A stretch of DNA of 63,607 bases, the filler included, from Octopus bimaculoides (taxonomy: Eukaryota), in assembly GCF_001194135.2 (NCBI RefSeq). It is 7 parts of 5 records of this genome, joined end to end, with 100 filler letters (N's around TTAATTAATTAA, not from the genome) between each part and the next. Parts side by side here need not be neighbours in the genome. Positions count along the whole stretch, not along the records: positions 9,915 to 31,096 come from NC_068981.1; positions 31,197 to 47,629 come from NC_068991.1; 5 more parts are not named here. One strand, 5' to 3'. This document shows positions 24,741 to 38,226 of this stretch, piece by piece. Each line of letters begins with the position of its first letter. Positions within the stretch are counted from its first letter, which is position 1. A program made the translations under genes and the position numbers. The notes beneath the pieces are model-generated. The model was not told the origin of the DNA, made no database searches, and saw only the letters and a program-made list of their open reading frames with translations.

Positions 24741-25659
24741 TTGGGAATTTTGAAAAAGTATTCAAATAATTCAAATATACTTCGTGTAAACTTTTATCAT
24801 CAACCAACACGCACAATTGCTAAATCTCCAAGATGTTTGTTCCATGGCAAGCGAAAATTATGTAGATTGTGATAGTGACAGAAGCAATGGTAATGACAAC
24901 GGTAATAGTAATAGTGAAAGTGAAAGTGATAGCGATCAAAGTAGTTGTGATAGTAATAGCGATATAATTAAGCTGAGGAATTCGCGCCAGACATAGGGTC
25001 ACATAATTTATTGAGGAAGTGTCACAAAAGAATATGACAAATAAGTTTAACAGACTATCTCGCTTCCTTTTATAGAAAAAGTTTATGACCTCATACTGGC
25101 AATATATCAACTTGATGAAGTTTTACTTTATTCTGCCTAAAATGATATTTAAAGTTGACGAGATGGCTCATGTCGACGAGATGGCTATGTTGACAAGATG
25201 GCATGTATTTGATTAGTGATTCTTTTAATTAAGACTTACTTATGACAGAACATGACCAACAGTAATATAATAGTCATTGACGCCATCTTTATCCTCATCA
25301 AGACCGTAAATGAGAATGATCTAAATTTTTATACCCTCGGGTGTCTTTAGCGGAGTCCGCTCTGATGAAAATATTCGGACCGTTTCCATGCACTGCTTCT
25401 TATTCCAGTAACCAATGAGTCATGATCTTTTTTTTATTTCCGGCTACCAGCCTCAAGGGGGCTGTAAAAAGGTTATCGCTACAACCCTCTCTTCTCTGAC
25501 TAAGTCATTAAGGGAAAAATGGTTTTTCTAATATGAAATTGAAACCTTCTTTTGGTGTGAACTCTGGTTAAAATATGTAAATCACGATAAAGACAAAACT
25601 GAACTGGAATCGCTCGAACTCAATTCAAATGGTGAAGCTGTTGATTTCCGTAAATTTTT

Positions 25660-25864
25660 ATCTTTTACCCTTTACCTATTTCGGTCATTAGACTGCCGCC
25701 ATGCTGGGGTGCCGCCTTGAGGACTTTTAGACGAATGAATTGACCCCAGTACTTATTCTATCAGACTCTTTCGCCGAATCGCTAAGTTACGGGGACGAAA
25801 ATATACCAACACCAGTTGTCCGGCAGTGACGGAAGGCAAACATACATACATACATACATACACT

Positions 25865-25906
<42 letters not shown>

Positions 25907-26360
25907 TAGATAGATAGATAGATAGGTAGATAGGTAGATAGGTGGATAGATAGATAGATACACATATATTCAGTTTCTTATTTCTTTACTGCCCACAAGG
26001 AGCTACACACAGAGGGGACAAACAAGGATAGACAAACGGATTAAGTCGATTATATCGATCCAGTGCGTAACTGGTACTTAATTTATCGACCCCGAAAGGA
26101 TGAAAGGTAAAGTCGACCTCGGCGGAATTTGAACTCAGAACGTAGCGGCCGACGAAATACCGCTAAGCATTTCGCCCGGCGTGCGAACGTTTCTGCCAGC
26201 TCTCCGCACCTATATATTCAGTTTCTGTCTACCAAATCCACTCACAATGCTTTGGTCGGCCCAAGGCTGTAGTAGGAGACACTATCCCAAGGTGCCACGT
26301 AGTGGGACTAAACCCGGAACCATGTGGTTGGGAAGCAAGCTTCTTACCACACAGCCAGTT
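25660..26360 (-). mobile_element. SINE family A with a nested full-length family B copy (25973-26208)
   Basis: A tail at 25660-25850 and A head at 26215-26360, separated by microsatellite plus the B element. Confidence 0.82.
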
Positions 26361-26652
26361 ATTATTATTTCTTTTTTTTTTACGACAGCTCAGGAAAGAA
26401 TTATTAAAATTAGANNNNNNNNNNNNNNNNNNNNNNNNNNNNNNNNNNNNNNNNNNNNNNNNNNNNNNNNNNNNNNNNNNNNNNNNNNNNNNNNNNNNNN
26501 NNNNNNNNNNNNNNNNNNNNNNNNNNNNNNNNNNNNNNNNNNNNNNNNNNNNNNNNNNNNNNNNNNNNNNNNNNNNNNNNNNNNNNNNNNNNNNNNNNNN
26601 NNNNNNNNNNNNNNNNNNNNNNNNNNNNNNNNNNNNNNNNNNNNNNNNNNNN

Positions 26653-26687
<35 letters not shown>

Positions 26688-27397
26688 TTCATTTCAAAAT
26701 CGACTGAAGTGACACTAAATGTGAAATAATTCTTTATATTTTTTACTATTCCACTTTTATCTTTCCATTCTTTTTCTTTCCTGTTCTCTTGTTCTGAGAG
26801 ATGAAGGACCTACGCCCGAAACATCAGACATACCAATTTCTTTATGCATAAGCACAATTACACCAAATAACAACTTGTCTTTCGCAGAATGATTGCAACA
26901 ATGAAGATAGATAGATAGATAGGTAGGTAGATAGATAGATAGATAGATAGATGTATTTATAATTATTTGTGCCGAGAAGTATGACACTGATTTCGAAGTT
27001 TTTCTACTAACTTGCTTTTCGATTTTGTGGGAAATGGAGTGGAGAAAAAGAAATTGGTTGTGAAGTTTAAAATATCAAATAGTAAAGGAATAAATTGCGA
27101 TAGATCGAGTACAAATAATATCAATAAGTTTCTAGCATCGTTCTGTGGTCGAGAAGTCGGTTTTGCAATCTCATAGTTTCGGGTTCAGCCACACTCTGCA
27201 GTCCTATGAATGAATTCGCTAGACGGAAATTGTGCAGAAGCCCTCACACACACAGACCCATACATACATAACCATATACGTGTGTGTGCGTGTATAATTA
27301 ACGTGTTTGCATTTGTGTGGTGGCATGGTTGTGTTTGTCTCTTACCGCTAATCAACCGATATAAATTTATTTATGTCCCCGTAATTCAGCGTATTTT

Positions 27398-27772
27398 GTG
27401 GCACTCCGTCGCTTACGTCGAGGGTTCCAGTTGATCTGATCAACGGAACAGCCTGCTCGTGAAATTAACGTGCAAGTGGCTGAGCACTCCACAGACACGT
27501 GTACCCTTAACGTAGTTCTCGGGGATAGTCAGCGTGACACAGTGTGACAAGGCTGACCTTTTGAATTACAGACACAACAGAAACAGGAAGTAAGAGTGAG
27601 AGAAAGTTGTGGTGGAAGAGTACAGCAGGGTTCGTCACCATCCCCTGCCAGAGCCTCGTGGAGCTTTAGATGTTTTCGCTCAATAAACACTCACAACGCC
27701 CGGTCTGGGAATCGAAACCGCGATCCTATGACCGCGAGTCCGCTGCCCTAACCACTGGGCCATTGCACCTCT
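27398..27772 (-). mobile_element. SINE family C, full length
   Basis: Head rc gaggtgcaatggcccagtggttagggcagcggactcgcggtcataggatcgcggtttcgattccc; near-identical to 37582-37957 and 32366-32740. Confidence 0.9.
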
Positions 27773-28141
27773 GCACCTCCACTAATTCAGCGTATTACCA
27801 AACAGACTAATAGAACAAATATTGAACTTAAAGTCAATACTGGGGTCGATTTGATCGACTAAAAATCTCTTTAAGTTCGTTTCCTCGTCATGGCTGCTTT
27901 AGTCCAATCGGTGAAACAAGTAAAAGAATGAAAGAATTAAAGACAAGGGAATATAATATTGACGAATAAAGATAATAGGGACATGGTTGTATTCAGCGTC
28001 TGTAAAGGAGAGAGGCGAGAGAAGAATCACGAGGGTATGGAGAATTAGGTTGACACAGATTTTTTCTGCCGGAGCAGTGTAATCCACATATAACACTGGG
28101 TTTGTTTTAAATGAAGGCTGAAAGACTAGGTTGATCTAGAC

Positions 28142-28304
28142 CAGTGCTCTGCAACCGGTATGGAGGCGATGTGAGGTGTACTGCAGTGTAGCCTGAATAT
28201 ATTTTTTCCCCTATACTTTTAGTTATATTTTTAGTCCAGGTGTGCCGCCGAATTTTGAAAAGAATATAAGTGTACCACAAGTGAAAAAAGGTTGTGGAGC
28301 ACTG
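28142..28304. mobile_element. hAT-type MITE
   Basis: TIRs cagtgctctgcaacc / ggttgtggagcactg; flanking 8-bp TSD-like atctagac / atctaagc. Confidence 0.75.
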
Positions 28305-28429
28305 ATCTAAGCTGAATCTGTTTTTAAAATACAAAAACAAAAGAGAAAAAGAAAAAAGTGGGATGAAAGAAACACCATGAAACATTTTGTCTACCATCCT
28401 AATGATTCCACCGGTCTGACGCTTTTGGC

Positions 28430-28970
28430 TTCTTTATTTTATCGGTTCTTGGACAAAATTGAGCTCAAGGGGATTTGAACTCAGAACGCACAGAATCAGA
28501 AAAATCCCCGCAAGGTGTTTTTGTCCAACGTTCTAAGGATTCCACTAATATGGCTCTGGACTAATATTTTATTTTATCCGCCCCTGAAGAATGAAAGGCA
28601 AAGCTGGTCTCAGCCGAATTTGAACTTAAAACGGGAAGAACCAGAGTAATTACTGAAAGTAATGTTATCCAACTCTCTAATAGTTCTACGAATCCACCTA
28701 ATTGGGTTAGTATAATAGTCTATCAACATTTGAAGGACGGAATGCAAATCTGAGATTCCAGCAGGATTTAAACTCAGAACGCAAAGAGCCGGAACAAAGA
28801 CTGCAAAGAATTTTACCCAACATTCTAAAGTTTCCGCCAGTCCATGCCCCTCCCATGATTCTTTATAAACCCCGAAGCTGACCTCAGCGAGATTTGAACT
28901 CAAAAAGTAAAGAACCAGAAGAAATGCTGAAAGAATGTTGACTGACGCTGTAATCATAATACTTATTCTG
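28430..28970 (-). mobile_element. Tandem run of ~4 diverged family B heads
   Basis: Repeated gg(a/g)tttgaactcagaacg...gattccac(t/c)a units. Confidence 0.6.
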
Positions 28971-29988
28971 TCAGTTCACGGCTGTTGTACTGACTACCCT
29001 TGGAAGAATGAAAAGCACAGTTGAGATTTGTGATAGAATTGAACACAGAATGTAAAGATTTGCTATTAAAACATCGCCAGTCATTTTATCTTCTCACTCT
29101 GGAAAGTTTTATCGTATCAAATTTGTTATGTGTGATACGAAACAGTATATGGGAAAATGGATATTTTCCCGATTCTTACAAGAGTATTGAAACAGCCCAA
29201 ATGCCCTATGCATCTGGGCGTGTATATATGCGCCTGTAAGAATGAGTGTATTTCTATGTGCGTATTTGTATATGTGAACGTATGTGTGTGTATGCGGCGG
29301 AGGGGAATATGTGAATGTGTGTCTGTGTGTGTTTTGCTTCTGTAAACGTATTTTGACATTTGTTACTCTGTGTACATTGTACACAAAGAAGCATGAGTCA
29401 TTAGAACGTCGGTAACCGTACACTAAAACAGCAGTTTACCGGGTTGACATATTTCATTTATAGGTAGAGCAGATGCTAGGATTGGGAAGGGNNNNNNNNN
29501 NNNNNNNNNNNNNNNNNNNNNNNNNNNNNNNNNNNNNNNNNNNNNNNNNNNNNNNNNNNNNNNNNNNNNNNNNNNNNNNNNNNNNNNNNNNNNNNNNNNN
29601 NNNNNNNNNNNNNNNNNNNNNNNNNNNNNNNNNNNNNNNNNNNNNNNNNNNNNNNNNNNNNNNNNNNNNNNNNNNNNNNNNNNNNNNNNNNNNNNNNNNN
29701 NNNNNNNNNNNNNNNNNNNNNNNNNNNNNNNNNNNNNNNNNNNNNNNNNNNNNNNNNNNNNNNNNNNNNNNNNNNNNNNNNNNNNNNNNNNNNNNNNNNN
29801 NNNNNNNNNNNNNNNNNNNNNNNNNNNNNNNNNNNNNNNNNNNNNNNNNNNNNNNNNNNNNNNNNNNNNNNNNNNNNNNNNNNNNNNNNNNNNNNNNNNN
29901 NNNNNNNNNNNNNNNNNNNNNNNNNNNNNNNNNNNNNNNNNNNNNNNNNNNNNNNNNNNNNNNNNNNNNNNNNNNNNNNNNNNNNNNN

Positions 29989-30023
<35 letters not shown>

Positions 30024-30255
30024 CATATATATTTTTAAGCAAACTTGAGTGCATCTGAATGTGTGTGTGCTTGTAGATATGTCTATATGTATGTGTATAT
30101 ACGTCTGTTTTTGTGTGTGCATATGTGTGTGTGTTTGTGTGTGTGTTTGTGTGTGTGTGCATGTACATACCCATACATATACATAAATATACATATGTGT
30201 GCATTCATATATACACCCACCCCCCATATATATATATATATATATATAGGTAGGC

Positions 30256-30308
<53 letters not shown>

Positions 30309-30393
30309 TTTGTATGTGTATATACATGGGCATATATACATACATATATATGAATATATATGTATAATATATGTGTGTGTATACATACATACA

Positions 30394-30460
<67 letters not shown>

Positions 30461-31499
30461 ATGTGTAGTATAGTACTGTATAGTTTAGTCTGAGTAAGTG
30501 GAACAACGTCTGTAACCTTTTTCTTATCACCTCGCCCTCTTGTGGTACAACAGGGTGAGGTTTGGATTCTGAAATACTTTCAGGGCAGAAAGAAAAAATG
30601 AAACTGACAGAATACAATTACATATTGGTAGTGTGTAATTTCTTACATGATTAATAAATTTATAAGTTCAATTAGTGGGAATTCAGTTTATACTTGATTA
30701 CCTCCCAACAACAATAAATTTCAAATATCTCCTATTAGTGGTGGATTGACAGATTTGTTAGAACGTCGGACAAAATGACTTGCAGTGTTTATTCCGGCCC
30801 TCAACACTGAGCTCAAATCTCATCGAGTTTAGCTTTGTTGTTCATCCCTATGTAGATAATAAAATAAATTAGTAGTTAAGTACTGAATTCGATATAATTG
30901 ACCGACTAATCCTCTGTCTCAAATTTCAGGCCTTATTCCTATGTTAGAAATTATGGTTTGCATTTGGCCGTATTGCCAAAGACTGTCTCTGGACCCGGTC
31001 TAGGAATTGAAACCACGATCTTACGATTGTGTGCGCAACACCCTAACCACTAGGCAATGCACCTTCATATGCATATATATATATATATATATATATNNNN
31101 NNNNNNNNNNNNNNNNNNNNNNNNNNNNNNNNNNNNNNNNTTAATTAATTAANNNNNNNNNNNNNNNNNNNNNNNNNNNNNNNNNNNNNNNNNNNNGATG
31201 TTGAGGCCGTAAATAAATAAAAAATCTCTATCTTATCTGCATCTTGGAGACTTCGTCGTAGTATGTCAGCAGAGAAGAGATTGAGATAATTAAGAATGGA
31301 TTTCTTATTTATATATACCCAGAACCTGAAAACCTTAAGGAAAAAACTACGATAGAGAGAGAGAGAGAGGGACTGATTTAGAGAGAGATGGGGGGTAGAC
31401 GGAGGCATGGCGGGAGAAAGATCATCATCATCATCATCATATATATATATATATATATATATAAAGAGAGAGAGAGGGGGGACCAGTCAAGCAGCACAT

Positions 31500-32365
31500 C
31501 ACGCTGTAATTCTTGGGCTGAGAAATCAACACTTAAAAGCCATAATTTTAAAGGAGCTATATGAATTCAAAAGGAGCTCTTTAGCAATGGAAGCAGTAAG
31601 AAATATTTTTTTCTCTCCATGGAACTGAGGCTTTAAGTGTACAGACATGCCAGTGACAGTTGGGCCAGTTTCACTCAGGAAATTTTTCCCTTGCCGATAC
31701 CACTCAATCTGGATCACTAAGCTCTGTCAATATTGAGCTTCTGGAAACTATATGCATGAAAATGAACAAAACAGTTTGATTCAAGACACACTTCAATCAT
31801 GAACTAGGGAAAGTTTCTAAACTTAGTCATTTGTGCCCTTATAATGTGACAACTTTTCAGGTTAATCAAATAGTTGCAGTTCACTTATCATTGAAGTATA
31901 AACTTGCTACTGAACCTTTCCATGTAGAATCATCACAAGTGATGAAAAGTGGATTTTCTGTCATCATATCCAGTGTAAATGTCAATGGTTAGCACCGCAT
32001 GAAAAAGGAGAATTTTCTATCACCAAATAAAACTACACCCAAAAAGGGTTATGCTCTGTGTTTGGTAGGCTGCAAAGGGTGTCATTTGTCATGAAGTGTT
32101 AAACCAAAATGAAACAGCTGATGCAGAGAAGTACCCTCTACAGTGGAAATTTTGCAAAAATATGCAGTAAAAGTACCCGTTATTGGTCATTTGTAAAGGG
32201 TGTTGCTTTTACATGATAATGCAATACCTTATACTGCCCAAGTCACCCAGGAAAAGATTATGGCACTAAGTATGAAAGATTCTCCCCATGCCCCTTACTC
32301 TTTTGTCTTTCTTCTATCTAACGACCAGTTTTTTAGATCATTGCAACATTATTTAGAGGGAAGTA
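31500..32365 (+). mobile_element. Mariner transposon remnant
   Basis: ITSDEKWIF (TGDEKW), PKKxMLCVW and LLLHDNAIPYTAQVTQEK...HAPYS motifs, with stops and frameshifts. Confidence 0.85.
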
Positions 32366-32740
32366 GAGGCGCAATGGCCCAGTGGTTAGGGCAGCAGACT
32401 CACAGTTGTAGTATTGTGGTTTCGATTTCCAGACCAGGTGTTGTGAGTATTTATTGAGCGAAAACACCTAAAGCTCCATGAGGCTCTGGCAGGGGATGGT
32501 GGCGAACCCTGCTGTATTTTTTCACCACAACTTTCACACTTTCTTTCTGTTTCTGTTGTACCTGTATTTCAAAGGGCCAGCCTTGTCACACTCTGTGTCA
32601 CGCTGAATATCCCCGAGAACTATGTTAAGGGTACACGTGTCTGTGGAGTGCTCAGCCACTTGCACGTTAATTTCACAAGCCGGCTGTTCCGTTGATTAGA
32701 TCAACTGGAGCTCTCATCATTGTAACCGACGGAGTGCCGT
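32366..32740 (+). mobile_element. SINE family C, full length
   Basis: gaggcgcaatggcccagtggttagggcagcagactc...gacggagtgcc. Confidence 0.88.
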
Positions 32741-32756
32741 ATATTTTGAGGGAAGA

Positions 32757-33570
32757 TCATCATCATCATTTAATGTCTGTTTTCCATGCTGATATGGGTT
32801 GGACGACTTGACAGGAACTGGCAAGACCAGGGTCCATACCAAGTTCTATAGTTTGTTTTGGTTAGATTTCTACAGTTGGATGCCCTTCCTATCACTTTGC
32901 AGAGTCTATTAGGTGCTTTTTACATGCCACTAGCACCAATGCTTTTTACATGGCTAATTAATTTTAGAATACGTCTTCTGTTGTGTTGGGTAGGTCTTCT
33001 TGAGTACAGCAATGTACTCTGTCGTCTTCATCATAAGGTCCACCATTTTGTGATTGGATTTCAACACTTTGTCCCATGTCTTCTTGGGTCCCCCTTTTCC
33101 ACAACTTACCTCTACTTTAAGTGATTGGCACCTTTTTATGCAACTATTCTTATCCATCCACATCACATGACCAAACCAGTGCAGTCACTGCATATAATTC
33201 CGCTTATGCCTAATTTTTTTCTCAATACACTAGTACTTTGTTGCATATGCACACTGACATTGCACATCCTGTAGAGCATGCAAGCTTCATTCCTCTCTAG
33301 TTTTCACATGTCCTCTGCATTCAGGGGCCACATCTCACTACCATGTAGCATTGCAGTTCATACACATGTATCATATAAACTTCCTTTCTGTTGCAGTGAG
33401 AGACGTTTGGTTGCCAACAGAGGTAACAACTCTCTGGACTTTCTCCATCCTATTCTCATTCTAGCAATTACACTTTCTTCACAACCTCCTCCACTACTAA
33501 TTAGGTCACCTAAGTAGTAGTAAAAGTTATCTACAACTTCCAGAGTTCCCCCAGGATACTTCAAGGAGTT
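32757..33570 (-). mobile_element. 5'-truncated RTE-clade LINE (RT C-terminus, 3' UTR, (ATG)n tail)
   Basis: LEVVDNFYYYLGDLISSGGGCEESVIARMRIGWRKSRELLPLL and GPKKTWDKVLK, continuing into a 3' UTR with ggaagggcatcca..gtagaaa. Confidence 0.85.
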
Positions 33571-35215
33571 TAAATATGATATCAAATGTTTCTTTACTTT
33601 GAAACTTGAAGAATTTTACACCTGAGAGATCAACAGTTTTTAAACTATACAATATTACATTATCAATAATGAGGGCAAATATTATTCTGGATAAATATAT
33701 CAATTATGACAAAAGAAGAATTTGTTTCTTTCCCATCTTGAAATGTGACAGGACTTTTTTCCAACTTAATACTCATTATATATACATTATATTTATATAT
33801 GTTGATTCTTTATTGTTATTGCCTTGTTTCGGTTTCCTGTTATACAATTATTTGGTCTTCAAAGAATTAAACATCAAACTGGTCAGAATACTCACCATAC
33901 ACCACTACTACTACCATCAACATCATCATCGCCATTGTTATCATCATCATCACTAATATCATCATCATAATTAGTGACATATATCATTGTCATCACCATA
34001 TGTATTATTATCATCTCTAAAACTGGTAAAAGATAAAAAAACAAAGAATTTCAGATTTTATCTAAAAATGCTATGATCAAAGAGATTTCAGCCATAGCCA
34101 TCCCATCAATGTTTCTGGCATTATATATATNNNNNNNNNNNNNNNNNNNNNNNNNNNNNNNNNNNNNNNNNNNNNNNNNNNNNNNNNNNNNNNNNNNNNN
34201 NNNNNNNNNNNNNNNNNNNNNNNNNNNNNNNNNNNNNNNNNNNNNNNNNNNNNNNNNNNNNNNNNNNNNNNNNNNNNNNNNNNNNNNNNNNNNNNNNNNN
34301 NNNNNNNNNNNNNNNNNNNNNNNNNNNNNNNNNNNNNAGAATAATAATAAGGCAGAATGCTAAACTGAAAGCATATTTTAATATAAATGTGTATAAGGAG
34401 GATTAAAACGGATTTCTAACTGGCTTTCATTGCATGGCAAATTTTCAAGAAGAGGGAGAATGAAAATGTCTTTTACAAAAAAATAAAAAATATAGGAAAA
34501 AATAAATATACCAATACATTATATTGTCTTTGAGCTTTTAAAGTTCAATGGTAATTCATGTAGATAAATGTTAGAAAGATTAGGATGCATGGAATTGAGA
34601 GTTGTGTTTTGTTTTAAAAAAAGGGGTTGAAAGTTTGTGTTAAGCAGGAAATGTGGTGTCAAGACAGGAAGTGTGTGTAAGGGAAGACAATTCTGTGGGT
34701 TTTTATACTCTTTAGTTGGAGTTCTGGACTCTTTGTTAACAGGAAGTTTATGTCTGTTCTTAGAGAAATAAGAAGTAAATTTAAGATTACATCGTTTAAT
34801 GTGTCCTTTCTTTCTGAAGACAATAAGAAGCTTTGTTTGTTTTTGTTTCTTTTGTGTCATTGTTGGCTTGAAAACTGACTGGTATTTGTGACCAATTCCA
34901 TGACAGGCTGATGCAAACCTGTTATTAGTAACTAGGTAACTTAGTACTGCTCATGATCAAGTGGTCAGTGATTTAAGGGAGCCCTAGGTACTACTACTAC
35001 TAGGGAGGAGGCTGCGTGGGCACCCAAAGATTTAGACACAAAACCTGTCCATGAGTAAGCAACACCCATATCATTCCAAGAATATGGGCACCACCAGAAT
35101 TACCAAGACCAATGAAATGGTTTAATGGAAGTTACACCAATATTTAATTCTATACTGTAATATTCAAGGCCTGAAAAGCCCAAGATAAGGAGGATAAAAT
35201 AAAATATACATAGGC

Positions 35216-35638
35216 GTAGGAGTGGCTGTGTGATAAGTAGCTTGCTTACCAACCACATGGTCCCGGGTTCAGTTCCACTGCATGGCATCTTGGGCAAGTG
35301 TCTTCTACTATAGCCTCGGGCTGACCAAAGCCTTGTGAGTGGGTTTGGTAGACGGAAACTGAAAGAAGTCCGTCGTATATATGTATATATATATATGTAT
35401 GTGTGTCTGTGTTTGTGTGTCTGTGTTTGTGTGTCTGTGTTTGTCCCCCAACATCGCTTGACAACCGATGCTGGTGTGTTTATGTCCCCGTAACTTAGCG
35501 TTTCGGCAAAAGAGACCGATAGAATAAGTACTAGGCTTCTAAAGAATAAGTCCTGGGGTTGATTTGCTCGACTAAAGGCGGTGCTCAAGCATGGCCACAG
35601 TCAAAAGACTGAAACAAGTAAAAGAGAGTAAAGAGAGA
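35216..35638 (+). mobile_element. SINE family A, full-length reference copy
   Basis: tRNA-like head ggagtggctgtgtgataag...cgggttcagttcc, ttgggcaagtgtcttc core, internal (AT)/(GT) microsatellite, tail ending aagtaaaagagagtaaag. Confidence 0.9.
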
Positions 35639-35723
35639 GATATCCCAAAAACAAAAATGTTTATGGGAATGACTTGGTCTATAAATAGGTTTCTCATATC
35701 AGCAGTCACATATGGGTTTTGAG

Positions 35724-35957
35724 CAGTGTTTCTCAGTCATTTTTTTTGTCCATGAACTCCTTTGATTTCTATTTTACTTGTATGGACCTTCATAGCCATT
35801 TGATGTTTAAAAAATTCTATTGTATTTTTATTATTTAAATATTATTAGTATTGTATAAAAGAATTGTTAAAATATTTTGCGTATTGCAGAAGCTTAACCA
35901 ATTTATTGCCGATAAATTTTAGCAACAAAATCTAATATGGACCCCCAAGGGACCACT
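35724..35957. mobile_element. Possible hAT-type MITE
   Basis: Ends cagtgtttctca... and ...ggaccactg, with internal atggac/atgaac subterminal motifs. Confidence 0.45.
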
Positions 35958-36649
35958 GGTTTAGAGGGATTATAACATATTAGCATTGACCCAATTTATT
36001 ACTGGCTTATATTTTATCAATCCTAGAGGAATCAATCTTTCGTTTTCAAGATATTCATGTATTTGTATTGAGTTTACAAACCTTTAAATTATGTTTTCTA
36101 AAAATTAGGGTGCATCTAGGTATTCACAGTGCACATAGATATCTCTGACCCCTCGCCAGTACATCACAGTGCACCTAGGTATCTCTAAAGGCTCATTAAT
36201 ACATTGCAGTAGACCATTTTAGCATCATTGCTCTTCCAGCTCAACTATCTTTGCATCAGGGATTTATATATGAACTGATATAAAGTTGTGTGACATTCTT
36301 GAATATATTTATGCTGAAGTGATATACTCCGGATGAACTCACAATACAGTATGAGGAGTATGCCCTTACTTTGTGATATTCTCATTTCCTTTATAACATT
36401 AGCAAGTGACTCTAATTAGCAAAATAATCAGCTCATCAGGAGTACAGCCCTCCTGATGAACTGGCAGTACAGCCATCTACAGCATGGAAATATTCTCCTA
36501 ATGAACTAATAATACCGACATCAGGAGAATGTATCTGCTCTGAGGTGATATACTCCTGTAGACCCAGTGGTACAGCCACCAGGAGAAGTATCTCCCTATT
36601 GTGAAGACACATCATCATCATCATTATCATCATCCTCATCATATATTAT

Positions 36650-37065
36650 CATCATCATCATTTAGTGTTCATTTAGTGTTCTTTATCCATGCTTGCATGG
36701 GTTAGACAGTTTGACTGGAACTGGTAAGCCAGAGAGCTGTACCAGGCCCCAGTCTGGTTTGGCTTGGTTTCTATGGCTGGATGCCCTTCCTAAGACCAAC
36801 AACTACACAGAGTGTAGTGAGTGCCTTATACGTGTCACCAGCATGAATGTCTTATACATGTGACCAGCACGAGTGCCTTTTACATGTCACTACCACTGGC
36901 CACAACTACGATTTCACTTGGCTTGACATGTATTCTCAAGCACAGCAAATCGACAAAAGGTCTCGATCACTAGTCATCATATGTGTGAGACTCGACATCC
37001 AAAGATCATGCTTCACCACCTCATCTCATGTCTTCCTGGGTCTGTTTCTTCCTCAGGTTCCCTCG
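36650..37065 (-). mobile_element. RTE LINE 3' end
   Basis: rc encodes GRNRPRKT*DEVVKHDL...MTSDRDL, followed by the same 3' UTR as 45570-45835. Confidence 0.82.
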
Positions 37066-37581
37066 ACAGTTTAAGATACATACTTCTAATGCACAAACAT
37101 CAGGAGTATATCTCTACTGTGAGACATTTACTTATAATTGGTTTAAAACTTTTGCTATTTCTTGTTTAAAGCAATTTCATTATATATGTTTACCCAACAA
37201 CACACCACCAGTTATGAAACACTATGCTCTCTGGAGCAGATGTCAATCTATCATTGCTAGTTTTATTATTAAGGTACCAGAAAAAAAAGGTAACTATTTC
37301 TGCTATTTGGTTACATGCCTATATATTCTGAGTTCAAATCCTCCCTGTGAGAGTTTTACATTTAAGTCTTCTGATGTTGATATAATAACTATCAAACAAG
37401 TACTAAGATTGATTTGAAGTAGACTGTATCTTTGAAAGTGTTGTTCCAGCATGACCTTAAAAATGAATGAAACAAAACCATATAATGAAAATATATAAGG
37501 TTTTGCAAAGTAACAAAACATTCATTATCACAGAGAAAGACTCCTGCAGTGTAAAATGATGATGTACCTATTTGTTGTTGT

Positions 37582-37957
37582 TGGCACTTCGTCGCTTACG
37601 ACGTCGAGGGTTCCAGTTGATCCAATCAATGGAACAGCCTGCTCGTGAAATTAACATGCAAGTGGCTGAGCACTCCACACACACGTGTACCCTTAACGTA
37701 GTTCTCGGGGATATTCAGCGTGACACAGTGTGACAAGGCTGACCCTTTGAATTACAGGCACAACAGAAACAGGAAGTAAAAGTGAGAGAAAGTTGTGGTG
37801 AAAGAGTACAGCAGGGTTCGCCACCATCCCCTGCCGGAGCCTCGTGGAGCTTTAGGTGTTTTCGCTCAATAAACACTCACAACGCCCGGTCTGGGAATCA
37901 AAACCGCGATCCTATGACCGCAAGTCCGCTGCCCTAACCACTGGGCCATTGCGCCTC
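37582..37957 (-). mobile_element. SINE family C, full length
   Basis: Near-identical to 27398-27772. Confidence 0.9.
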
Positions 37958-38226
37958 AACTGATGTACCTATGCAAGGTGCCTAAAAGTGCAATATTAGA
38001 ACCAACAACAACAACAGTGTAAACTGAAAAGATATGTGAGAGATTCTGACTGGAACTGTTCAACAGACTAATACTATTCTTGTAAAAGTATAAATATATC
38101 GTGTCATAGTGGTGGTGGTGGTAGCAGTAGTAATAGTAGTGGTAGTGGTGGGGATTGTTGTTGTTTTTATTGATGTTTGTTGTTGCTACTATGGTTATAA
38201 CACTGTATGTATCTCTTTTACTTCAG

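Noticed and set aside
24844-24996. Short Ser/Asp/Asn-rich ORF (MASENYVDCDSDRSNG...)
   Set aside because: Derived from a degenerate (AGT/GAT/AAT) repeat; no splice or homology support.
29468-29491. Possible exon start after tttcatttatag running into a gap
   Set aside because: Only 24 nt visible; the translation is not diagnostic.
34519-34860. 113-aa minus-strand ORF
   Set aside because: No recognizable domain; probably a decayed TE fragment that I cannot classify.
10345-37957. SINE heads as functional tRNA genes
   Set aside because: They have A/B boxes but no complete cloverleaf and continue directly into SINE bodies.
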